Assembly (NCBI GenBank): GCA_043228905.1
Contig: JBHGNT010000011.1
Span: forward strand, 16,616,001-16,680,000
Length of the DNA stretch: 64,000 bases
From: Azolla caroliniana
Taxonomy: Eukaryota; Plantae; Polypodiophyta
Reading direction: 5' to 3'
The notes under the pieces: generated by a model
Database searches by the model: none
What the model was told of the DNA's origin: nothing
The model's input: the letters and a program-made list of their open reading frames with translations, nothing else
Program-made: the position numbers and the translations under genes
In this document: in pieces, positions 13,719 to 27,000 of the stretch
How the letters are laid out: each line of letters opens with the position of its first letter
Position numbering within the stretch: the stretch's first letter is position 1

Positions 13719-14678
13719 AATATTGAACTTTCATTTGTGAGGCTTGATACCATAACATTAAATATCAACTACTCTGTGCAATCTAATAGAGTAAATGTTT
13801 CCATAAAATTCTCATAATTATGTCTTATCCATTATTGTATACATGTTGACTCAAAGAAGCAACATGGCCCTCATTGCACGTTAACACATGTGCACAAGTA
13901 GCAATCACATATTGCATGTATCACATGCACTCACACATATCATATGCAATCTTATTTGAACTCTTATTTTAGGGTTTTATCTCACAAGATCAAAATCAAG
14001 GGTTCAAGTTGGAGTTTGTCGGATGTAAGGTGTCATCCTTGCATTGGAATATTGCAACTTTGGCAAATAAAACTTTGTATTGCCAATTAAAATAAAACAT
14101 ATTTTTATCAGATACTATTTCAATTATGCTTCCCTAATCCTAAGCTATCTCTATCTCTTGTATGTATTCATTTTCTCCCTTTGTTTTATGAACTCTCATT
14201 ATTTATAACCCTGGTGGTTTGACGCACCGATCACGCACTTTAGAACACTGATTGACTCATCACGAACTTCACATTGAACCTATCTTTCTCCACTACAATA
14301 CAATTGCTATACTTTTTTATGACACAATCCTTAGTAATACATACACTTGAATATTCAAAGATAAATGAGCTCTAAGGCAAAACACATCATGAATTGACAT
14401 AATGTACACTCCTTACTTGTACTTGCAAAAAGATATAGTATATGTACTCTTTGGACTAAAAAATAGATAAATGAATTGGTTTATCAAACATTGTGGATTT
14501 TTATAAGAATTTCCTTGCAATTTGTTTGAGACAAAATTGTACAACTTGCTTTTGACAACAGGATAATGGAAGCAACACTGAACATCGGTCTATAACATGC
14601 TCTCTTATTCTTATCTTGGAAAATGGACAGTAAAACTCAATACTCGTATACTCTACAAATAATTGACATTGGATAGTA

Positions 14679-14679
<1 letters not shown>

Positions 14680-14761
<82 letters not shown>

Positions 14762-14764
14762 ATG
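14680..14764. repeat. (TATGTA)n microsatellite
   Basis: About 13 near-perfect hexamer units. Confidence 0.95.
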
Positions 14765-15156
14765 ATAGTTTGGTTCTAATATAAACGAGGAGAATTATAA
14801 TAACATACTTAGAAATATCGGGTCTCTTAGACTACAAGCTTAGTTGGATCGAGCAATATACAAACTGGCAACATGAAACATGTTAAGAGGGTGGAGCCAT
14901 GAGAACCTCTACAACCCCAATGTGAATTATGGATTCTATACTTTAATAAAAACTTTGTGATTGATCTAGTAGGTTTAATCTTGGTGGCATCATGTTACAT
15001 TAATTATGGGGATTCTTTATTGTTTCTTTAGTCCAAATCTTACAAAAACATGAGGCTGATTTACCTAGAGTTCATAATAGGCCTTTCACGCACATGTAAT
15101 CTTCATCTATATTATTGTGGTCATATTTTTACTTGCAAATCTTATTTACCTCCCCT

Positions 15157-15440
15157 TCAAAAGTTAACTAAGAGGGCCTATTGCGTCCTCATTCAAAACT
15201 TAACTTCTTAAGGGGACAAGCACGGCACTTTGTTCTCTATGCTATCATACTAAAGGCAAGGTACACCATAGTAAGACAACTTCCATGAAGCAAATGAACC
15301 TCCACCTCATAGCAACTTATTCATACCTCATTGTCAAAAGTTAACTAAGAAGGCCTATTGAGTCCCCGTTCAAAAGTTAACTTCTTAAGGGGACAAGCTT
15401 GGCACTTTGTTCTCTATGTTGTCTGTCATACTAAAGGCAA
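15157..15440. repeat. About 105-bp direct repeat, two copies (15157-15260 and 15334-15440)
   Basis: tcaaaagttaactaaga..ggcctattg..ttaacttcttaaggggacaagc..ggcactttgttctctatg..tcatactaaaggcaa occurs twice. Confidence 0.9.
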
Positions 15441-15869
15441 TGTAATGTTGTCACAAGAATCCACGAAGAAAGGTGTGAAAGATGTGAGTGGAACTACAAG
15501 GCTCATGCCTTAGGAAGATGGATTTACAAAAAAGGTTTACGGAAGTGGAGCAAGTATGTGTGGGATGTGTTGTGCTTCTAATGATTTCTCCTATTCGGTG
15601 CATTCAAATCTAAGAGAAAGGAAAGAATGGTAATTGTGACAATAGAAAGGGCTTCAAATCTCTCTTTAACCTAGACTGAAACACACCAATAGGTTTCAAA
15701 GTAGCAATATTGTATCGTATATGGCAGAGCATTCGATTCTAAGGAGGGAATCTCTGGCTGGTGTGTGGGGGGCGTAGTTACGACGCGCCAAGTCATGGTC
15801 AGCTCCAGCTCGAGAAAGGAACACGTATATAACTATTCACATTGTCCTAGGGTTTGTCCAAGGGCGTCG

Positions 15870-16105
15870 GGGCAAAGTCACGAGGGTCAAGGGGGGCTAT
15901 AAGGAAACAAAGAAGAACTTGGCCAAAATATTCAAATCGTCCTATAGGAGGTCGACCAGGAGGAAAGCCACGAGGTCAAGGGGGGAATAGAAAACAAAGA
16001 AGAACTTGGGGGGAAATTTCAGAGCAATTGAAAGGGGGGAGGTATTCAAGTCAAGGCTAGTCAAAGTCAAAGTCAAAGTCAAAGTGGAATCAAGTCAAAG
16101 TCAAG
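15870..16105. repeat. About 90-bp tandem duplication followed by (AAGTCA)n, upstream of the BTB gene
   Basis: aaag(t/c)cacgag(g)gtcaagggggg..aaacaaagaagaacttgg occurs twice, then gtcaaagtcaaagtcaaagtcaaagt. Confidence 0.8.
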
Positions 16106-16219
16106 AAATGGTATTAAGTTAAGGAGTTAGCGTTTTGGATATATTAAATAGCAGCCCTGCCCCTTGGAATGAGGGGGAGTGAAGGGGCACGTCCATATGC
16201 TTGGTCATGTAACAAGGAA

Positions 16220-16347
16220 ACAGAGAGACAAGGCAGAGACAGAGACAGAGACAGAGACAGAGGCACAAGACAGAGACAGAAACAGAGACCGAGACAGAGG
16301 CACAAGACAGAAACAGAGACAGAGACAGAGACAGAGACAGAGACGGA
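16220..16347. repeat. (GAGACA)n hexamer array in the 5' leader of the BTB gene
   Basis: Imperfect GAGACA/GAAACA units running up to the ATG at 16349. Confidence 0.9.
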
Positions 16348-16348
16348 G

Positions 16349-17118
16349 ATGCAGCGTGTTCAATGCATGGCGTGTGGGAAGGTGTTGTGTGGGCGGCAGC
16401 GCTCATCAGTGGAATATGTGTATTGCGAGGGTTGTGGGCGTGCCAAGATCCGGCGACTCGAGTCCCGGATCGCTTCCCTCCGCCTCTCGTGCGCGCGGCG
16501 CAACCACCACATCCTCTCCTCCAAGAAGAGGGTGGAGTTCTTGAGCTTCTGGAACCATGGCTTCCATGATGACATCCCTGGCAGTGGCACCCATACCTTC
16601 CACAGTCATGAACATGATTTCATGCCACCACCGCTCTCGGATGCTTCTCTTCAACCCCCTGATGGCCCCTCTATCCCTGCCCACCGTGCCATCCTGGTAA
16701 GTGCTTTCTTTCTTTCCTCATCTTCTTTTCTTTTTGCTGCTCTCCCAGATTCCCATGTCGAAAAACTCTGAAAGGAAAATACCCCCTGAGTTTTCCCATT
16801 GCTTCCGAAAATGTCCCTAAGTTCTCCTCATTTCTCAAATGTACCGGTCACAGCCACCCCAGGAGCATTATCCCTGCTATTTGACCAATTAAGTGGTTAG
16901 TTCTCCCTTTCTTTTTCTAAAGTATATGTGCCAGTTGAGCATTTATATGGTTAATTCACCCCCCTTTTTTCGCTTTCAGTTGTACATGAGAGGCAATTGA
17001 GGAAACCTTAGGGGCATTTAAGGAAAGAAATAGCTCATGGGTATTTTAGATATTCCGTCCATCAGTATTCCCCACCAACCTAGCCATCTGGCTAGGTTTC
17101 TCCGTCTCTGCCTTCTTT

Positions 17119-17153
<35 letters not shown>

Positions 17154-18871
17154 GGTCATGAGTAATCAATCCATTGTTTGGACCGTGGCTATCAATTATT
17201 TCCCTGTATTTGGATTGAGCATATTAGACCCATTGTGTGTGTTTGTATAGATTCATATATATTCCCATGGAATCTAAGAGGCTGGCTTCATTGTATTCTA
17301 GATGATGATATCAATAAATAGGGAAGAAAGCAGCCTCTTGCTCACAGTACGCTGTTTGATGATCTGTTTTTTGTCTCGTTGCATATGTATCTATGAATGA
17401 AACATGCTGCTTGATCAATCTCCATTGTTGTTCTAGAGGTAGACATGATCGTGGTGGATTTCTAACCATCTGATTAACAGTGTTGAATCAATGCTTATTC
17501 CTTTTTTATCCATTTTTTGTTATCTATTGCTTTTATGGGATTCATATATCATCAGTTTCATGGATAAGTGTATGACATTAAAGAATCTCCCATTTTCACA
17601 ATAAAAGGTTCTATCACGTTAGTTTGCAATGCAAATCTCATTGGGACCAATTTTTCTGTTAAGGAAGGGACACGATCAATCAATTTCCCTTGTTATGCTG
17701 GCATCGAGACCAGCTCATTCCCGAGTATATTAATTTCACTCACAAGCATGACTCTCTAGGTACATTTGTCAGGGTTCGGGGAATGCATATCAAATCTCAT
17801 AGGAGACATTCATCTTTTTCTACCTTTGAAGCTTGATGAAGTGCTTTGGCCTTCCCTCAAACTCTAGCCACAACTTCTAATTTCTTTTTCTTTTGGCTGT
17901 TTGCATTCCTTTGAATTTGTAAGTTCAAAAAACCTGTTCCCAATACTATCTTAACTCTGCCTTTTCAATCGTCCATACGAGTCGCTAATTAGATGACAAA
18001 GCATGTGGCTACTTTTCTACTGCAATAACTGTAGTAATTCTAGATCTATTACGTGTACCAACTCTCAACGTCTGAAGGGATGCACTTGCTAGATAAAAGG
18101 CCGATGTAGGGATTTGGCACAAGGACAAGGTCTCCAAATATGATCCCCTTGCTAGGCATCAGAAGCATGAGCATTATCGTTCTTACAGTGGTCCATTGAT
18201 ACATGATTAAGGTCTTTGTTGGCAGGCTGGGAAATCCCCTGCTTTCAAAGCTATCTTTTGTAACCCAATCATCCAAGAACAACCAAAAGAAGATTCTCCT
18301 CAGTTGATTCAAGTGGACGACATGCCTTATGCAGTGCTCAAAGCATTTGTGAAGTTCTTCTATACAGCAACTATAGATTCTGATGTAATGGAGGAACATT
18401 CGGTATCACTTTACTGTGCTGCAGAGAAATATGGTGTGACCTTGCTGAAAACATTGTGTGAGGAGTGGATAATAAAGAATGTGAGCGATCAAAATGCAAT
18501 AAGTAATCTCAAGCTAGCCAATCAATATGGCTTGGATGCATTAAAAGATGCGGTTCTTGACACAGCATCGTTACACATTGATAAGATTCCATATTATGCT
18601 GAATATTCTACATTTGTTGAGAAAGAGCCTGCTCTTCTGTTAGAATTATATGAAGGAACAGTAAAAAGACTCAGCAAGAAGAGGAAGTGGAATGGTAAAT
18701 TAAGTGCCTAAAAAATGTAGTTTTCATGTTCTTCACAAAATGAAGAAATTGATTTCATGAATAAAAAAAAGGAGCATTGAAAACTTGACAGATGCAATCA
18801 GAGGTCATCAAGCTTCAACATCGGCAAGGCCTTCTGACGACCCTGGGAATGATGCACAATCAGCTGTTTGA
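16349..18871 (+). CDS. BTB/POZ domain protein, At4g08455-like
   Basis: Exons 16349-16696, 18226-18694 and 18792-18871 with GT-AG junctions and consistent phases; the stop is at 18711 if intron 2 is retained. N-terminal CxxC..CxxC plus coil and RVEFLSFW; BTB motifs IPAHRAILAGKSPAFKAIF, VDDMPYAVLKAFVKFFYT, AEKYGVTLLKTLCE, VEKEPALLLELYE. Confidence 0.9.
16774..17050. mobile_element. Mutator-like MITE (long imperfect TIRs) in BTB intron 1
   Basis: Left aaaataccccctgag...aaatgtccctaagttctcctcatt...atgtac pairs with right gtacatga...aattgaggaaaccttaggggcattt...ctcatgggtatttt. No clean TSD. Confidence 0.6.
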
Positions 18872-20807
18872 ATAGAACTTAGAAGCCATGATATCCTTTG
18901 GTCTTCCAGTAAGTAGTTCTTTTCTGGGGATTATGGAACTTGGACGGTAATTAAGCTTTTTTTCCAAGTTATCATCCATTTCTATTCAGCCTAATGGCTT
19001 CGGGAAAATTTTCATCTCAGCAGGTCTCACACTGCACTTCTGACAAACTATCGTTCTCTCACTCCATTGGTTTCACTTCCAAACGCAGGTTTTTGAGTTA
19101 AAAGTTTTGGGATGTATATGGGGTGTGTTGGATTTTGGGGTATGCATGTTTTATGCATTAAAACAACAATGCATGAATAGGATTATTTCCGAAGAGTAAT
19201 ATCCAAAGATTAACATGCAAAGGTGATCAAAGGATGCATAGAATGGATGAATGAGAGGATGATATTCGTAAGAATACCATGTGAGCAATTTTTACCTGGA
19301 CATCAAAGAAATGTCTCTCTGAAGGTAAGGTAGAAACACATTAGCCAGCTATTATGGACATGCGAAGGCCCTGATATTGATCCCATGTTGCATAATTTTT
19401 ATATGCTTCTTAAGATTTTGAAATCTTCAAGGGTGTCTGATCAAATCAGTCCTGAAAGAATCCATATTGAACACTGTATATTGGATACTGAAATTAATGT
19501 AATATAATGCCTTCTTATATACCCTGTAGAGGTTGCAAAATTGAACTTAAATTAACATAACTGCCCTGGCTTTGATATTGTTATCCTCTTCTTTTCATAT
19601 TGTCATCATGTTTATCTCAGCAATCTAATTGACCTTTCCTGTTATGATTCAAGGAAAATCTTTTGACAATCTTCATCAAAGCTTGTGGTCATGCTGTCTC
19701 TAAACAATAAATTCAATGATCTGGAGTTGCTTTATCATCATCCGAGTGTAAATAATGTCCTGTCTACTGTGTTGATAAAATAACGGTTACATCTAAAAAG
19801 AGGCATCACCACATTTGGCATGTCTAAATCAGTCATTGAAACAAAGTAAAAAACGCACGAGTCCTATGTACAGGACCATACAGTGGAATGTGGAGACATT
19901 ATATATATTAGATACACTTATGTAGCAGAGTGCCTATGTGATAGAGTGAACATAATTTTGTTTGTGATGTGCAGTGTTGCAGCTGTTTATGATTATCTGG
20001 TCATAAACAACATGAGATTTGTCCTAGCTATTTGTAGTAATTTACACCCTGTCATGAACATTTTGATAAAACTTTGTACACACATAAACCCCTTAATCAC
20101 TTTGGCTAACAAGATTAAATGAGCATTTCAGTATACAGAAACTTCCAGGGCATACATAATTTCTTTCTTCTCCATGGATTTGGTATGTGCCTACTTAGAC
20201 TTCTTTGCATTCATAAAATGTCAGATTCCATCCTTGCATAATAAATCCCCACAACTTTGACAAATGGGAATTCTAATATTGGTTTCCATCACATGTAAAT
20301 CCCCTATTAATGGATTTCGCAAGACAATCAAACATATCTCCTTAGATTAGTAATTGGTGGAATTTGGATACTCGTCCAACCTAAGAATGTAAATTTGAAC
20401 TAAATCTTGCCACATCATCTCTGAATGCACATAAACAAAAACACTACTCCACATTATTCAGTCAGACTTTGAGATTATGAACTTGGCAAAATATAGTAAC
20501 CTGTAATTGCTCAACCTGGGTTTCATTGAGAAATTAAACTGGACAGGCATTTGTATATCAATTTTATGGCATAAATGAAGTTCTTGATATTCACAATTGT
20601 AAGTGTATCAATAATTCCTATATTCCTCACCATTCTACATTGTTCTATACAAAGCAATGCACAAAGCTTTGTTCAATCATTTTACAATCAAAATGCTACA
20701 TAAACTTCGTACTCAGTTGTTTCCTTTCCATTTTCTCTAAAACTATAATAACTTTATGAGCATAAAGGTGAACTCGACACAAAACTTCCAAAAAATATCC
20801 AACTTCC

Positions 20808-22041
20808 TTAAATCGGGGTGAGCTTATCAGTGGAAGTTGCCATGGTTTCAACAATCTTCTTGGTTATGGTCTTGCATTTCTTATTCTTCTTCTTTAGGGG
20901 TACTTTGTCCAAATCATTAATCTTTGCAAGGTAACCGTATAAGACTCTCTTTTCTTGCATAGAATCCTTATCAATTCTCTTCAAATCAGGTCCTTCTGGA
21001 ATGCCTTCATGACCTGGGAGGCCATGCCACATACATTTCACACGCAACCACTCTTCACGTCCTCGGTGGCAAGACTTGAAATGATTTTCTAGTCTTTCAG
21101 CTTCTTTAAGCCCATCCAATGTAGCAGGATATTCAACAATCACTTGTCCACGATGACCTTCTTTTCCCCACGACGACTTTGGTCGACCAACCGTATGACC
21201 AATACCTGTAAAACATCCAAATGCATAAACGATGTTGAATTCTTTAAAACATACATCCCACTGATGACCAAGTTCAAACATACATCCATACCAATAGAAT
21301 GTCAAGAAGAATGATTTCTTTGATTCCATTCACAACATAATTATACACCTTACACAGTACAGCAATTCATGAGGCTCTTCTATGCATGCATGCAAATTCA
21401 TAAAATGAGTTGTGCATGCTATAATTACAGGCCTGGTCCTATAGATAGGGACTGAAAAGTAATTCATAGTTAGTAGTCTTGATTGGCCGACCAATTTCTA
21501 AATTAAGGATTTGAGACAATATGCTAAGCAAATGATCCTTCAAAAGAAGGCAATTAAAATGCATTTAATAATAAGTGAACTCTGCTAAGAAATGATCCTA
21601 AAGAATAAAGGTATGCAAATCACTGTGGATAAGCCTAACAGGAGCAAAAATGGTATTGTTGGCAGCAGCTAAAAACCATACTTATAGAAATACTCATATA
21701 AATGCAAAATCAAGAAATCAAGAAGAAATGCAGAACCAAGCAAAAACCCAAGATATATACGATCCAAAATCCAATATTTGGTTTCAAGAAAATGGGTTGT
21801 CATATGTATACGTACCATTAATCACACGCACACACACGTACATGTGGTATATGTACATAAATACACACATACATTATCATCCTTACTTACAAACGCATAC
21901 ATATAAGATGAATCCGTAGATATATATATATATACACACGCAAAGAATGATAGAAAAAACAGGGCATGCAAATACTAGATTGGAGATACAAAGCAATACC
22001 ACGATTTTGCTTGTCCAGAAAAGGACGAGGCATTTCAAATG

Positions 22042-22077
<36 letters not shown>

Positions 22078-22272
22078 GGGATGACCTGCGAGGAAGCAAG
22101 CCATCTCGGGGTTTCCAAGCCCCGTCCATCGTCCATCGGGGGTCTTACAGAGCCGTGTATTCTCGACGATGACACATGGGGGCCAAACGATCCTATCCTC
22201 CTCTCCCTCTCCCTCTCCCTCTGCGTCTGCTACCTCTTCACCATCACATTTCCTGGCCTTCCTCTTCCTCAT
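20808..22272 (-). CDS. Stand-alone XS-domain (SGS3/gene X RRM-like) protein, about 194 aa
   Basis: Exons 22272-22086 and 21205-20808 (phase-1 GT-AG intron). XS motifs IVWPPCVIVENT, W.GLGN.EM, WGKEGHRGQVIVEY, GLKEAERLENHF, GREEW, RVLYGYLAKINDLD. An in-frame TGA lies 8 codons upstream of the ATG. Confidence 0.85.
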
Positions 22273-22534
22273 TATGGCTCCTTCTTGTCTTCTTCAGGCC
22301 TTCTTCCCATCAGAGGAAATGCAACAGAACAGAACAGAACAGAACAGAGCAAAAGCAAAGCAAGCATTCATGATTCCATTCCAAATTCCAATAGAGAGGG
22401 GAGGGGGACAATCACAATCTACAAATATTACAAATTTAACCCCTAACCCCCCCCCCCCTTTGGGCATTTTTCCCCCATGTTTCTCAAACTTCCAAGTCCC
22501 CTCTATTAATACATGTTTCCTACTCTACACTCCC

Positions 22535-22814
22535 GAGGGAGGGGGAGTTGGGTCAGGTCAACCTGCTAAGTATACGGACGACACTGATGGGAAATGGCCA
22601 GTTGGGCTGCACCACTTGTGAAGTCTCCGCCCGTGCCTTTAAGTACATGGGCTTGGAAAGTGAAGCCATCACCACCTCCGGTATTTGGATTGTTTCTCTA
22701 TTGCCTATCTCTTTATCTTTGTTGCATCCATGGCTTCTTCATCCTACCATTGCTCATCGCTCTTTTCTGTAGTGTTGTTGTAGGGTCCCTGAGTTGTGCA
22801 ACGAGGTGGTATCA
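22535..22814 (+). mobile_element. Possible LTR/TRIM remnant: PPT, ~255-bp LTR-like segment, PBS(Met)
   Basis: Purine run gagggagggggag (22535-22547), then TG...; the segment ends gtgcaacg and is followed by tggtatca (22807-22814), the core of an initiator-Met PBS. Confidence 0.35.
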
Positions 22815-23049
22815 AGGTGACATGTTCATTTACAAGAGAGGAATAAGGAAACACTATGGGAAAAAATGCCATGGGCTTCGATAGAAGGGGGAGCATATGC
22901 ACATAAGAGAAGAGGAGAAGCATAAGAATAATTGACTGTTGAGTGAAGATGAGAGTTTGTTTGGTTAAGCTCAAAACCTAATCACATGAATGTAAAGGAT
23001 TAGAGCTAGAAAGTTCTAGTACACAAATGAGTATGTGTATTGTATACAT

Positions 23050-23052
<3 letters not shown>

Positions 23053-23091
<39 letters not shown>
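23053..23091. repeat. (TG)n microsatellite
   Basis: Read directly. Confidence 0.95.
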
Positions 23092-23095
<4 letters not shown>

Positions 23096-24076
23096 AGAGA
23101 CACAGAGTGAGAGAGAGGTTTGGAATTTGTTTATGATAGAGGTCTTAAGGTATGATGCATGGACTTGGATCAATGGAAATAATGTTGGTTATACGTTTCA
23201 ATCTGCATAATGTTGTAAACTTAGAGTAGATTGGATCACATATATATTATGCAGCTTGAGACATTTTTGCTAGAGTTTTGATTATGCAAGTGTTTAGAGG
23301 GATTGGATCATCAAATCATTTCCCGATTTTTTTGGATTGCACGCATCAAATTGAATGGTTTTAGATCTTTATTGGAATGACAACCATTGCGATTTAATTC
23401 ATCTTCTCTTGGACATGATAACTTTAAACATGCTATGGGACAATCAGCAGGTATTGGAGAATGTGGTTTAATTGGACCATGAGAAATGGGTTCTTGTTTG
23501 ATGGACTTCTTGAGGTAACACAACAACTCCATAGGATGAAAGGGAAGTTGTTTTAGAAAATTTTGCAACTACTTTGTATAGATGAGGTACAATTATGTCA
23601 TCTAGTATTACAACCCTTGGAGAGAGAGAAAGAAAGATATATTAACGTCTTCTAAGGCCAAATTTGGCCCATGAGACAATTGGTTTACAACAAAAGAGTT
23701 TTTATCCGGTCATCATAACTAAAATAAAATTAAGTAAAAAATAGAACTTAAACTAAAAGAGTTCTAGTAGTGTACAATATGTAGTATACTCGAAAGTGAC
23801 TATACACTAAGCCTAATTTTATTTCCACCCAAGCCTCTCGAAAAGAAGTGGGGGGTCAAAGGGTCTTGATGTGGGTTCTAGTGTAGAGAGTGCCCTAGCC
23901 ATGGCTTCTAGGCGGTGTAGCTCACGTTCCCTTATTTTCAATATTGCTTCCACATCACGTCAAGTTGCTTTGAAACCCGGCACCCGAGGACGTCTGGTTC
24001 TTCTCTGGTTTTCTGCCTCATCAATGGAAAGGCCGAGTGGTGCAAGTGTGTCGGCATTCGTTGTCTCCTCAGGTTC

Positions 24077-27000
24077 CTAAAAAACTTCATTTGTTACATG
24101 TTCGTGATCATTAGCAACATTATTGTCAACATTTTGTAACTTATTCTCTCTGTGTTGTTTTAGCTCTAGAATGTATTTACCTAATTTCTTTATATCTAGA
24201 GTATCTAATAGTTTGGGGAGGGTGGGAGACGGACCAAGTTTGTCTTGGTATTTTGCCCTTATCTTGGCATAGGTTGGACACTTGCATGTAAAGTGGTACT
24301 CATCCTCTATCTCTATGTGACATAACCTACATATCCTTTCCTCCCTAGGGACTCCACTAGTACGGCCATTCTCAATCTCAAGTTGGTGAGATGATATTCT
24401 AAGTTGTCCAATGGCAACCCTTAGTGCATGTGGTAAGAATACATCTAGATATTTTGGTCGCGTGATAAAACCTAACTCAGAGAAGTGCATGAAGTGTTTC
24501 TTATAGTACAACATTTTAGATGGGGGTGGCTCTAGTGGGGTGATCCATTTACACCGAGTGTAAATTTGCCATATTTCTTGGTGTATTACTTTATTGCGGT
24601 CCTCATGAGAGATTAAGGTGTTATCACTCGTGTGGTTGTACCTAAGGGGAGGTAGGTTATTAATGTCTAGACCATTCGCAAGAAGCCAACTCACCATCAT
24701 GCCATACCATGAGCTAGTATAGCCGGACTCATACAATGATCGAGAGGCCTTAAAGGCTTGATGAGATATTCTATCATGTGGTTGGCTATGTATCCTATCA
24801 ATGAAGACTACAAGTTGAAAAAGTGCCTCTACTAACACTGGGGGTAACGTGAACTCGGCCCTAATAATGTCATGTGGTACAGTCGATTTGCTTCGGAGTT
24901 GGCGTGATAGCATCATCACCAATGGTCTCTCTAATTGCGTCCACATGAAAGATGGTAATCCTGGAGCCCAAACCGCTGATGCATACATGAGGGAGGGGGT
25001 CACTAATGAGTCAAAGAGCCACCCTTTAGTCCGTGGCTCTTGAAAGTGTGCTTGGTGGCATTGTCTCTCTAGGAGTGAGAGGGATGCATGTCCTCTCGTG
25101 AGTCTATCCTTCGCTGCCTGTGTCATCGAAAATTTACATGAGCGGGCACTAAAAGTGACTCCGAGATAGACGTATGATCCAACCACCTTGATTGGGCTAT
25201 GGGAGATAGTTAGGTGACACTTAGCTCTAACTTGGGTTGATGTGTGGAAGATAAGGACTTTCGTTTTCCCTAGATTCACTACCAATCCTCGTTGTACACA
25301 AAAGTCATCTAAGGCATTAAGCTGCCTCTATAAGTCGTGTTCGGATTCAGAGAGCAAAACTATGTCATCCGCATAGAGCAAGATACGAACCTGCGTATCC
25401 CCAAGGACCACTCCGGTGCCTCCCTCACGAGCAATAAAATCTGTGATCTCATCAATGTAGATCCCAAAAAGCGTCGATAATGGGGGGCAACCTTGTTTTA
25501 CACCAATAGTGCTAGTGAAACGATTAGATAGGCCACATGGGCATCGGACACACCCGGACACTTGTTCATATAGTGCATAGATGGCCCATACCATATCATC
25601 TGGTATCCTCAAGCTTTTAAGTCTATCAAATAACCGCTCTCTAGGGACTGTGTCAAAGGCTTTGCGGAAGTCCACAAAACAACAATATAATTTCTTCTTG
25701 CGAGCCTTAGTTTGGTCAATTAGGCATCTAAGTGTGAAGATATGATCAATAGTGGAGAAGGCTCGTCTAAAGCCAGCTTGTTCAGGTGCACGAAGGTTTA
25801 GGGTCTCCATATAGTCGCTAAGCTCTGCTTCCATTATTGCACCATATAACTTGGCAAGGGTATGGCCTATCATAATGGTCCTATATGTATTTGGGTCCAT
25901 GGGGTCCCCCCCTTTATGTATGGGGGCCACTGTATTCATAGTCCACTGTGGTGGAAAACCCTCCGCAAGGGCACGATTGAAGATTAGAGTTAGCAAGGGA
26001 GCTAGGCATTCTCTCGCATATATAATGTGTTCTGCTCGCAATCCTGTGTGGTCCATGGACTTCCTATGTTGTAATTTCTTTATGACCTTCATGACCCTAG
26101 AGGTCGTGAAAAGTGTCCCCATGGTAGGCCGGGGTGTGGAAGGCATTGGAATGGGTGGTTGGTTTGGGATTTGGTAAAGTTTCTCTGTATATGTGTGCCA
26201 AGTTTCGGGATCTTCGATGGGTGTTTGTGGTCTTGGCTCCCGTAGTCTCTTCCATGCCGTGGCGCAATCGCTACTCATGAGCATATGGTAGAGTTCCGAG
26301 TATTGGGATGCCTCCCACGCTCGTCTCTTACGACGTGTCATCTTATGCATTTCTTTGCGAGCTTGTATGGAGGTAATACTACCATTGAGTTGCGATACTA
26401 TAAGTTGTCTATGTAAGTCCCTACAATCCTCGTCATACCATTTATTTTGTGGCATTGATCCTGATCTACCTTGATTTGAGTGTTTTGTATATGGGAAACT
26501 GCTAGCTGCTGCGGAGTGAAGGATGTGTGTGAGTTTTGTACTAAGGCTTTCTAACGGTAGGGAGGGATCAAGGGAGGGGAGATGAGCCTGAACATGTTGA
26601 GAGTATATGTCAGAGAGCTCATGTGTGAAATGTATTGTGGTGTGATGGCATGGTTGACTAGACTTGGTGACCTTAGAGATATCACATTTTAGCTCGAAGT
26701 ATAAGAAACTATGGTCTACGCCAATAGGGCATGGGGCCACTCGGAAGGAGTTAATCATGTGGGTAGCTTCAGGGCGCCCTATTAGATAGTCAATTGTGCT
26801 TTCCCCTCCTCCATGTGGGAAACATGTGAGCTCTTCCGAGCCCGGCCACTTAGCTAAACCATTATATATGACCATCCGGTGCCGACTGCCAAGTTCGAGC
26901 AGATGATGGCCAAAGCTCGTGGCGTCCGCACCTTGATCCTTTGATCTACGTGTGGTGCCTATGTCTAAAGGATCAACATTTACCATTTCTAGGTTTCTAT

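Noticed and set aside
16169-16348. RD/ET-repeat N-terminal extension of the BTB protein from ATG 16169
   Set aside because: It is a translation of the (GAGACA)n microsatellite; family similarity begins at ATG 16349. Use of the upstream ATG cannot be fully excluded.
22549-22803. Cassandra TRIM with a 5S rRNA-derived LTR
   Set aside because: No 5S A/IE/C-box sequence is visible in the segment.
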